Of a stretch of 64,000 nucleotides of DNA, positions 10,870-19,598 are shown one piece after another. Where the stretch lies: the NCBI GenBank assembly GCA_963847185.1, contig CAWJYV010000007.1, positions 832,001-896,000 on the forward strand. Direction: 5' to 3'. This DNA is from an uncultured Methanosarcinaceae archaeon. Lineage in GTDB: Archaea; Halobacteriota; Methanosarcinia; Methanosarcinales; Methanosarcinaceae. The notes under the pieces are model-generated. The model saw only the letters and a program-made list of their open reading frames with translations. It searched no databases and was not told where the DNA came from. Position 1 is the first letter of the stretch. Each line of letters opens with the position of its first letter. Made by a program: the position numbers and the translations under genes.

Positions 10870-11150
10870 CCTTATTCACTCTTTTAATCAAAGTTAAAGC
10901 GTATAAATCTAGTTTCTCTTCCTTTATTGTTTTCTTATCTTTTCTTTTTTAATGGACACATTGATCTCGATGGTTACATGGCCTGCGAGAGGGTTTTTAT
11001 CTGAAATCAACACATTCTTTTGATTTTAATCCTATTTAGGACGATATTCAAGCTTATATGCTAAAAGAGAAACTTAGCGGCATTATTATAGCATATAAAG
11101 GTATTTGGAGCCTCTTTAGAAGGATGAAATTTAGTGAAATACTTAGATTG

Positions 11151-11298
11151 TCAGAATAAATATTAACATTCACAATCCCAATCATCCCCGGTTAATTTTC
11201 AGTGCTACAATGTTTTCGAGACTCTTTTTCTTCGTTTGTGACTCTAATACATGCATATATGCCTTTATCAGTTTAAATTTTTGATTAAATCGCTGAAA
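11151..11298 (-). pseudogene. leader repeat copy B with decayed first codons of a lipoprotein paralog
   Basis: Minus strand reads ttg gga ttg TGA atg tta ata ttt att ctg aca atc TAA, versus ttg gga ttg cga atg cta tta ttt gtt ctg at 10053. Confidence 0.7.
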
Positions 11299-11358
11299 GA
11301 CACAAGTAGACAATTATTTAATCAACTGACATCTTAAAAGTACTCCAAAATTGATAGT

Positions 11359-11445
11359 AAAGGTTCGGAGAAAGGTTCGGAGAAAAGTGCGGGGGAAGGC
11401 TCGGAGAAAAAAAAGGAGAAAATTTGGGCGATGGTTGGGAGAAAA
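11359..11445 (+). repeat. degenerate 12-bp tandem repeat (aaaggttcggag)
   Basis: Two exact and several degenerate units abutting the stop codon at 11446. Confidence 0.75.
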
Positions 11446-13620
11446 TTAGTTACTTGATTTGGAAAGATATTTCAAATCGTTCTTCAGCACATTTTTCTTT
11501 GATTTAAAGTATTCCAATGACTTCTCCGGTTCTTCAGTAGTGACCTGTGCAAGTTTATCAGCTTCAATGCATTGTTGCTGTAAATTGACAATTTTAAGAT
11601 ATTTTTCTAATCTACTTTCACTGCCGGTGTTGAGATCATCTATTGAAATTAAAGCATCGGCTGGATAAATGCTTTCTAAATTATCTTTTACTGAATCAAA
11701 ACGATAGTATCCATAATCATCCACATTCAGTAATCTCTTTGTGTTTCTTGAAATATTCTTCATGGATTTGAGTTTTTCGTAAAACTCGGGGTTTCTTTTA
11801 GGACCGGAATGGATTCCTCCAAGACTATCCAGACCATAACCAAACCCTAAAATATCCCTTGCTGATAGCACTTTCTGGTCATTAATTGATTTGCCATAAC
11901 TAACATTTACAAAATGAAATAGATGATTTTCTTCATATCCTCTTTTGGTAAGTTCTCTTTTCATTGCATTTAACATATCTATATGGGTTGTAATCATGCT
12001 GCTGTCAAAATCAATATAGTAAGCATTGATTCCTTTGTCAAGGTAATAATTTATGAGTTCCCTGCCGAAAAGAGGGGCTGTTGCAGGTATGTATCCCATA
12101 ATGTTTTTCTTGTTTCTGATTTCGATGCTATCGTAGCATGAATCTAAATATTCTATGAAAGCATCAAAGTTTTCAACGTTCAAATTTCTGGCTACTTTAG
12201 GAACTGAAGGAATTGGGGTTATATCCGAATGTGAGTATGCAAAGTTAGTCAGGATGTCAATTTCTTTTTCTGTGGGATATCTTATTCCTTGCTTATTTTA
12301 AAAAGAAGAGAAGAATGTTGATTGATGAGAGATTATATCTCCCACAAAAATGGATTGATGATAAGGTACGTTGTTTAAAGGCTAAAGTTCCTCTTGAAGA
12401 GATTAAATTCCGAACCAAGCATGAGCTTGGTCTTGAAATGATTGATAATGCAATAGAAGAAGGTATTCCTTTTTCCTATGTTACAATGGATGGATTCTAC
12501 GGTGAAAATCCGGAGTTGTTGACAGAACTTGAAATTAGAGGTTTAACTTTTGTTGCAGACATAGCTGTCGATACTCTTGTTTATATTGAGGAACCAGTTG
12601 CTGAGATACCTGCGAAAAAGGGAATAAGAGGAAGAAAACCCACTATCCCCAAGGTTTTGAATACATTATCAACAAGAGTAGATTCTCTTTCCAATTCAGT
12701 TGAGGGATGGGAACTTATCAATGTTAGAAAAACGGAAAGAGGGTATAAAAAAGTCTATTTTAAGGCTATAAAAGTTTGGAGACGTCAGAATAAATTACCT
12801 TGTGAGAAGCCGGTATGGCTTCTTATAAGTAAAGATTCAGAATCAAATGAAATTAAATATTCACTATGTAACGCCTCTGAAGATACATCATTCGATAAAC
12901 TTGCAAAAATGCAGAGTTCAAGGTATTGGATTGAGAGAGCATTTCAAGATGCGAAAGGAGACTGTGGAATGGCAGAATACATGGTGAGAAATTGGAATGC
13001 GTGGCACCATCATATGGCATTAGTAATGCTTGCAATGCTTATTTTACTCTCCTATCAGAAAAAATTCAACAAAATGTATAAGATGTCAATTCCTGGAGTT
13101 TTATGGATACTGAAGTACCATAATCCATTGAAAAGAATCGATGCTCGGGAAATTGCAGGAATCTTAAATCAAGATAATGAGTTGAGAAGGAAAGCAAGGG
13201 TTAGCAGATTAAGAAGTTCATAATAATTTTCTGATTGGAATAAATGGATTCGTGTTCCGACGACTGGTAAGTATACAATTTTGACAGGAAACTCCAATTT
13301 TCTCCTTTATTCTTAAATTCCAATAGGCAGAAGTAAGGGCACCCATTAGCTTTTTCTTTTTCCCTTTTTAATTGCTTGTTTTTGTCGGATGAGAATTTTA
13401 AGTCCTGATCTTTTTTTATTAGAGATTCCTCATCGAATTTCAAAAAGAGCTCCTGTAAGTCACAAAGTTCCTTTGGAAAAGAAGTATCTTTGTAGAAACT
13501 GTTTGTTGCAATCGCTTTAGTTGGTGTTTTCAGTTCTTTGTTCCCGATTTGCACCTGTAAACTTCTTAAATCAGTATCATCAGCAATCGAACACAGATGA
13601 ATTTTCGTTTCTTTTGTCAT
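11446..13620 (-). pseudogene. 387-aa hypothetical protein (possible TGT-like TIM barrel) interrupted by an IS fragment
   Basis: ATG 13620 overlaps the PIN stop (ATGA); joining 13620-13294 to 12282-11446 restores one frame (...KGENW/RYPTEKEID...). Confidence 0.8.
12283..13293 (+). mobile_element. 5'-truncated IS701-family element (transposase fragment 12315-13223)
   Basis: Starts inside the motif FLAY...LIDERLYLP..W; MDGFYG; RYWIERAFQDAKG.CGMAEY.VR.W.AWHHHMALV; CT at both junctions. Confidence 0.85.
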
Positions 13621-14114
13621 CTTAACAATTCCTTGAGAATATCTTCTCTTATCCAGAAAGAAGAACATTTTATGCTGTCGTATATTTCTTTACACTCATC
13701 ACTTGTGAGCTCATTAAGTTTCTCTTTTTGCCATAAGAGTAAACCTATAGTCCCATTTACTTTTACACCATATTTTGACTTCAACTGCCTTGCTCTTTCA
13801 TCAATGATGCAGCGATAACTGTCTCCAGATTGTTCTTTTTCTATGCCGGCACAGAGGACACTGACCTCTCCATCATGCAACCAGGGATAACGCTTTGAAA
13901 TTTTTGATATGCATTGTTCATCAACGTTATCTATAACCAAAAAGCCTTCGTAAGCCTTGAGTAATTTGAATGTTTCAGGGTTTTTTCTAAGCTCTTCATA
14001 TACTTGCTTTGTAACAGACAAATTATACCCGTGTTTTTTGCAGATTTCAAAAGCTTTCGGAAAGTTAGCTTCCCGAAGCAAGCAGACAATTGAGGAGGCA
14101 TCAAATATTTTCAT
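13617..14114 (-). CDS. PIN-domain protein (DUF3368/COG2405-like), putative toxin
   Basis: IFDASS, VYEEL, LHDGEVSVL, IIDERAR, GTIGLL acidic PIN pattern. Confidence 0.8.
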   Translation of the reverse strand: MKIFDASSIVCLLREANFPKAFEICKKHGYNLSVTKQVYEELRKNPETFKLLKAYEGFLVIDNVDEQCISKISKRYPWLHDGEVSVLCAGIEKEQSGDSYRCIIDERARQLKSKYGVKVNGTIGLLLWQKEKLNELTSDECKEIYDSIKCSSFWIREDILKELLR

Positions 14115-14119
14115 GTTTT

Positions 14120-14692
14120 TTACCTCCTCTGCAAATCAAGAAAAGTTTCGATATTTACGCCTGCAAGAAAAGCAGCTTTTTCCAAACTAACGATTCCTTT
14201 TTTGTAGATGGAAATCGAGTTTTTAACCCTTGATTTCATTATTCTGCGATATTCGGTTGATTCAACGGTAAAATCAGGATATGAAGCATAGATAAAAAGA
14301 AGAATTTCGTCATTGGTGAGATTGCTCATAAATTCTTTGAAGTCTTCAATGGATTCTTTTTCTTCCGGTGAGAAGAGATCTTGCTTCAGACCCAATACCT
14401 TGATACCCAAAGGAGTGATTTTGTAAGTATTGCCCTCTTTTTTTTCAACAAGACCCATTGATACCAGGTTATCCATGCTAACTTCTGAAGCTTCACTATA
14501 TGGACCAAGAGAATGAGGAATGAATTCTGCCCTTTCATTCACTTTATCAATGTAATTCGATATCAGAAACATTTCTTTTTGAAAAGCAACGTTTCCTTTT
14601 ACCGGTTTTTCATCGTCCACTTTCAATAATTCAAGTATAGCAACGCTTAAAGGAGAAAGATCCTCTGCGATACTATCTAATGAAAATCTCAA
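14120..14692 (-). CDS. Panacea/YwgA-like winged helix fused to a UPF0175 HTH, putative antitoxin
   Basis: G...FQKEMFL...F.PHSLGPYS...L...GLV...Y.IT..G; C-terminal IYKKGIVSLEKAAFLAGV..ETF. Confidence 0.7.
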   Translation of the reverse strand: MRFSLDSIAEDLSPLSVAILELLKVDDEKPVKGNVAFQKEMFLISNYIDKVNERAEFIPHSLGPYSEASEVSMDNLVSMGLVEKKEGNTYKITPLGIKVLGLKQDLFSPEEKESIEDFKEFMSNLTNDEILLFIYASYPDFTVESTEYRRIMKSRVKNSISIYKKGIVSLEKAAFLAGVNIETFLDLQRR

Positions 14693-14900
14693 TCTGTATC
14701 CCCCTTAAGCTTTAATTCGATGCTCGTTGCTATTTGAAATAGTATTTTCTTTTTCAAAGGATATACGACTATATTTTATAATACTTCTCATTATTATATC
14801 TCTTACAAACTCTTGAGCGGAAACTCAATCCAACTTCAGCATTATAAATTATTTTCTCTCAAATTCTTCTTTTATTTCGTGTGGAATACTTTTTTACTCT

Positions 14901-14993
14901 ATTTTTGAGATTCTTTTTCTTCGTTTGTACTTGTAATACAGATATATATGTTGTATATTGTTTAAATTTTTGATTACATCTCAGAAAGTCACA
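14901..14993 (-). repeat. dispersed leader repeat, copy C, upstream of the antitoxin/PIN operon
   Basis: gagattctttttcttcgtttg...atatatg...gtttaaattttttgatt...gaaag matches copies A and B. Confidence 0.7.
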
Positions 14994-15167
14994 AAAAGTG
15001 TTTTTTGCTCGAAATGTGGTTCGACATTTGAAAAACCAACGTAGAAATTTTAAAGAAAGTTATAGAGAAAAGAAAGAACCTCAAAATCATCTGTTTAGTT
15101 CAATGAAAGTTCCAAAAGAGAACTGTTATATAAATTAAGTTCTTTTAAAAACTCACGGAGAACTCAG

Positions 15168-16685
15168 ATGACTGATACTGAAAATTCACAGAAGCCCCCT
15201 GTAGGATGGCGCTGGACAACTATTGGAGATGTTAGTGAGGTAAAAGGTGGTAAACGTCTACCAAAAGGACATGACTACTCTGAAACTCCTACAGTTTTTC
15301 CATATATAAGGGTTACTGATTTCGAAAATATGAGTATCAATCTGGGATCACTAAAATTTTTGAATTCTTCTACTCAAAAACACATCAGTAATTATACGAT
15401 TTCAAAAAATGATATCTACATTTCCATTGCAGGATCAATTGGGAAAGTTGGATTGATTCCCGTAAAATTAGATGGTGCAAATTTAACCGAAAATGCAGCT
15501 AAAATTACTGATCTAGGAAGCATAGATAGAAAGTTTTTATGTTATGTTCTTACTTCTATACAATCCCAAGAGCAAATTAAAAAATTCACTATTTCATCAA
15601 ATCAACCCAAATTAGCTTTGTTCAGAATTAAGCAGATAAATATTCCTCTTCCGCCTCTTCCAGAACAATCCGCTATAGTCTCAAAAATCGAACAACTTTT
15701 CAGCGAACTGGACAACGGCATTTCCAACCTCAAACTGGCACAGGAGCAGCTCAAGGTTTATCGGCAGGCGGTGCTGAAGAAAGCATTTGAGGGGGAACTT
15801 ACCAAAAAATGGCGGGAGCAGCAGGCAGATTTGCCTGATGCAGAGGATTTGCCGGAGCAAATCAAAAATGAAAGAGAGAAAGTTGCCAAGGTCTCTGATA
15901 AAAAACAGAAAGCAATTAAATCGCTTAATGAAACTGAATTAGCAGAGTTGCCAAAAATACCAGAAGAATGGAAATGGGTAAAAACTGCTGATATTATTGA
16001 TCCAATAAACAATGGTTATACACCAAAAGCCAATTTCCTTTCATCTGGATCAGGCGAAGTTCCTTTCATCAAAGTTTATAATTTGAATTTTGATGGATCA
16101 TTTAATTTTCAAAAAGATCCAACTTTTATTCCAAAAATAATTCATCAAAAGGAGCTTGCAAGATCGGTTACCTATCCAGGAGATGTCCTAATAAACATCG
16201 TAGGACCACCTTTGGGAAAAGTATCTATTGTAAGTGGTCAATTTCCTGAATGGAATATTAACCAAGCTATTGTGCTATTTAGACCTAACAAATGGGTGAC
16301 AACAAAATTAATTTCATATTATCTCCAAAATTCTAAAACAATTCAATGGCTAAAAAATACATCTAAAGCCACAGCTGGCCAGTTTAATGTAAAGGTTTCG
16401 ACCTGCCGTGAAATCCCCTTTCCTCTTTTTTCAATTGAAGAACAAAAAGCCATCGTTCAGGAAATCGAAACCCGCCTTTCAGTCTGCGATAAGATAGAGC
16501 AGGATATCAAAGAGAATCTGGAAAAAGCCGAAGCACTGCGGCAGAGTATTTTGAAAAAAGCGTTTGAGGGGAAGTTGCTTAATGAAAGGGAACTGGCAGA
16601 AGTTCGAAAGGCAGAGGATTGGGAACCGGCTGAGGTTTTGCTGGAAAGAATAAAGGCTGAAAGAGCTAGAAATGGGAAAAACTGA
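15168..16685 (+). CDS. hsdS: type I RM specificity subunit
   Basis: Two variable TRDs, each followed by the conserved P.P...EQ.AIV..IE...L.Q..LKKAFEG.L; P.GW and PEEW starts. Confidence 0.95.
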   Translation: MTDTENSQKPPVGWRWTTIGDVSEVKGGKRLPKGHDYSETPTVFPYIRVTDFENMSINLGSLKFLNSSTQKHISNYTISKNDIYISIAGSIGKVGLIPVKLDGANLTENAAKITDLGSIDRKFLCYVLTSIQSQEQIKKFTISSNQPKLALFRIKQINIPLPPLPEQSAIVSKIEQLFSELDNGISNLKLAQEQLKVYRQAVLKKAFEGELTKKWREQQADLPDAEDLPEQIKNEREKVAKVSDKKQKAIKSLNETELAELPKIPEEWKWVKTADIIDPINNGYTPKANFLSSGSGEVPFIKVYNLNFDGSFNFQKDPTFIPKIIHQKELARSVTYPGDVLINIVGPPLGKVSIVSGQFPEWNINQAIVLFRPNKWVTTKLISYYLQNSKTIQWLKNTSKATAGQFNVKVSTCREIPFPLFSIEEQKAIVQEIETRLSVCDKIEQDIKENLEKAEALRQSILKKAFEGKLLNERELAEVRKAEDWEPAEVLLERIKAERARNGKN

Positions 16686-16742
16686 GGGTGCAATTGAGGG
16701 TGCAATTGAGGGTGCAATTGAGGGTGCAATTGAGGGAGCAAA
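16683..16742 (+). repeat. 12-bp tandem repeat tgagggtgcaat, 4 exact copies plus 1 degenerate
   Basis: Exact units at 16683, 16695, 16707, 16719; the first unit supplies the hsdS TGA. Confidence 0.95.
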
Positions 16743-16796
16743 AATATAGACTACAGAATAAAAGATACCTCCGGCTGGTCAAATGATACAGAAATT

Positions 16797-16903
16797 ACCT
16801 CTCAAGCTGCCCCCAAGCTACCCTGAAAGCTACCCCGCAAGTTACCCCGCAAGCTGCTCCCCAAGTTACCCTGCAAGCTACCCCGCAAGTTACCGAGCAA
16901 GTT
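16797..16903 (+). repeat. degenerate 12-bp tandem repeat accccgcaag(c/t)t, about 9 units
   Basis: Reads TPQV/TPQA/TLQA/TEQV tetrapeptides with one 1-nt slip. Confidence 0.9.
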
Positions 16904-16979
16904 GTCAATAGATCTTGAAAATTAAGTTCCGTAAGGAAGTAAAAACAAAAATATCACTCTCATTTCAAGGATCCAAATC

Positions 16980-18476
16980 ATGTCTGAAAATACCTCATCC
17001 ATCGTTTCCAAAGTCTGGAGCTTCTGCAACGTCCTCAGGGACGGGGGCGTGAGCTATGGAGATTATCTGGAGCAGTTGACTTATCTCATATTCCTGAAAA
17101 TGGCTGAAGAGTACAGGAAGCCGCCTTACAACAGGAATATCGGGATTCCGGAAGAATACACATGGGATAAATTGAAACAGCAGAGGGGAGCAGAACTCGA
17201 TACTCACTACAAGGAGCTTCTGGAAGAACTGGGGAAAAAGCCCGGGATGCTCGGGCAGATTTTCCTCAAAGCCCAGAACAAGGTCAGTGACCCTGCTATG
17301 CTCTACAAGATCATTGATATGATCGACAAGGAAAGCTGGGTCATGATGGGTGTGGATACAAAAGGAGAGATCTACGAAGGGCTCCTGCAGAAGAATGCAG
17401 AGGATACAAAAAGCGGAGCCGGGCAGTACTTCACCCCCAGGCCGCTCATCAAAGCAATGGTCCAGTGCCTGAAGCCCGAACCCATGAAAACAATAGGAGA
17501 CCCCTGCTGTGGTACAGGCGGGTTCTTTTTGGCAGCTTACGACTTCCTTACATCACACCACCGGCTGGATCGGGAACAGAGCCGTTTTCTGAAAAACAAA
17601 ACTTTTGGCGGTAATGAAATAGTTGCAGGTACCCGACGGCTTGCTCTCATGAATATGTTCCTGCACAACATCGGGGAGATTGACGGAGAGCCCATGATCT
17701 CAAATTCCGATGCTCTCATAGCAGATCCTGGTTATCGTTACGATTACATCCTTACAAATCCCCCTTTTGGAAAAAAAAGTAGCATGACCTTCACAAACGA
17801 AGAAGGCGAGCAGGAAAAAGAAGATTTAACTTACAACCGTCAGGACTTCTGGACAACTACAAGCAACAAGCAGCTTAACTTTTTGCAGCATATCCACACT
17901 ATCCTCAAAACCGGCGGGCAGGCAGCAGTTGTATTGCCTGACAATGTCCTGTTTGAAGGTGGAGCAGGAGAAACCATTCGCAAAAAGCTTCTTGAAACTA
18001 CGGACCTGCACACAATCCTGCGCCTGCCAACAGGCATTTTCTATGCAAATGGCGTAAAGGCAAATGTGCTCTTTTTTGAAGCGAAATCCGCATCAAAAGA
18101 GCCCTGGACAAAAGAAGTGTGGATATACGACTACCGTACAAATGTACATCATACCTTGAAAAAGAATCCGATGAAATATTCGGATCTTGAAGACTTCATC
18201 AAATGCTACAATCCCGAAAACCGGCACAGCCGTACAGAGACCTGGAGTGAAGAAGCTCCAGAGGGCAGGTTCCGGAAATTCAGCTATGAAGAAGTTGCAT
18301 CAAGGGATAAAACGAATCTGGATATCTTCTGGCTCAAAGACAAAAGCCTGGCTGATCTGGACAACCTCCCGGACCCTGATATTCTCGCAAATGAAATTAT
18401 AGAGAATATGGAGGCTTCACTGGCAAGTTTCAAGGAGATTATGGCCACAATTAACGGGGAAAGTGAAGAGAATTGA
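16980..18476 (+). CDS. hsdM: type I RM N6-adenine methyltransferase subunit
   Basis: GQYFTPR; DPCCGTGGF (motif I); NPPF (motif IV). Confidence 0.96.
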   Translation: MSENTSSIVSKVWSFCNVLRDGGVSYGDYLEQLTYLIFLKMAEEYRKPPYNRNIGIPEEYTWDKLKQQRGAELDTHYKELLEELGKKPGMLGQIFLKAQNKVSDPAMLYKIIDMIDKESWVMMGVDTKGEIYEGLLQKNAEDTKSGAGQYFTPRPLIKAMVQCLKPEPMKTIGDPCCGTGGFFLAAYDFLTSHHRLDREQSRFLKNKTFGGNEIVAGTRRLALMNMFLHNIGEIDGEPMISNSDALIADPGYRYDYILTNPPFGKKSSMTFTNEEGEQEKEDLTYNRQDFWTTTSNKQLNFLQHIHTILKTGGQAAVVLPDNVLFEGGAGETIRKKLLETTDLHTILRLPTGIFYANGVKANVLFFEAKSASKEPWTKEVWIYDYRTNVHHTLKKNPMKYSDLEDFIKCYNPENRHSRTETWSEEAPEGRFRKFSYEEVASRDKTNLDIFWLKDKSLADLDNLPDPDILANEIIENMEASLASFKEIMATINGESEEN

Positions 18477-18630
18477 AAATCAGAGTTTTGCCGGTGCACA
18501 CCATTGCAGGCAACGGGGTATGTTCGCTCCACCGCTCAGGTCATAATGAACTATAAAAAATCGATTATTTTCATTTGTTTGCATGCTTCTGCAAAAAATG
18601 AATTGATTGAATAATCAGTAGTAATATAAT

Positions 18631-18647
18631 CGCCAGTATTTTATATT
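18631..18647 (+). promoter_or_regulatory. putative TATA-type promoter of hairpin array 2
   Basis: cgccagtattttatatt at about the same spacing as for array 1. Confidence 0.55.
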
Positions 18648-18668
18648 AATAATTCCATAATATATATT

Positions 18669-18932
18669 GGTCACAAGGAAGTAAGCTGTAAAATGGAGCA
18701 AATTCAGGGCAGATTAAAACCTGATCCCGAAATAACTTCATTAACGCGTAACTTCATTAACGCGTAAGCTGTAAATGGAGCAAATTCAGGGCAGATTGAA
18801 ACCTGATCCCGAAATACACTTCATTAACGCGTAACTTCATTAACGCGTAAGCTGTAAATGGAGCAAATTCAGGACAGATTGAAACCTGATCCCGAAATGA
18901 ACTTCATTGTTGCAGTTCAAACCTTGTGAACC
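18669..18932 (+). ncRNA. second copy of the putative multi-hairpin ncRNA (3 units)
   Basis: Unit stems at 18692, 18774, 18857; TCACAAGG pairs with CCTTGTGA; same 5' and 3' flanks as array 1. Confidence 0.6.
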
Positions 18933-19063
18933 ACCTTATCAACTCTTTTAATCAACGCTAAAGCGCATAGATATATCTTTTTTCATCTTTTTCCGTTTTT
19001 TCCATCTTTCACTTGCTTTTCTCACTTTTCGTTCCGGGCAGCTTTTCCTAAAGCTCAGAACTA

Positions 19064-19387
19064 GTGAAGGCGGATCCGGAGAAATAATCCGCAAAGAATT
19101 TCTTGAAAACACAGGCTTTCACACAATCCTGCGCCTGTCGACAGGTATTTTCTGTGCAAATGGCTAACGGCAAATATGCTCTTTTTTGAAACTTCAGTTA
19201 TGATGAAATTGTAGAAGGGATAAAACGAATCTGGATATATTCTGGCTCAAAGACAGAAGCCTGGCTGATCTGACAACATTCCAGACCGTGATATTCTCGC
19301 AAATGAGATTATAGAGAATATGGGGGCATTTCTGGCAAGTTTCAAGGAAATATGCCCACAATTAACGGGGAAAGCGAAGATAATTGA
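19064..19387 (+). pseudogene. decayed, internally deleted copy of the hsdM 3' end
   Basis: 19064-19190 matches about 17954-18080 and 19192-19387 matches about 18278-18476, with frameshifts and stops. Confidence 0.85.
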
Positions 19388-19598
19388 AATCTGCTTAAGT
19401 AAATCTAAAACGGTAGTTAGTTAGATACGGTAGTTAGTTAGATCTGAGCCTCACTACCTTTTAACCTTAACAGTTAACCCCACTATCTTTTAACCTTAAC
19501 CATTTAAGTATTGATATAATTTTTCTTAAAATGCCAGAATTCTTCTTAAAATGCTAAATTTCGAGTTCTGAAAATTACCGTAAAAGGAAGGCAATCAT

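Noticed and set aside
13201-13668. Stand-alone 155-aa gene
   Set aside because: It is the N-terminal part of the interrupted gene (true start 13620) reading into the IS fragment.
16457-16741. 94-aa minus-strand ORF with LHPQ repeats
   Set aside because: Shadow of the 12-bp repeat and antisense to hsdS.
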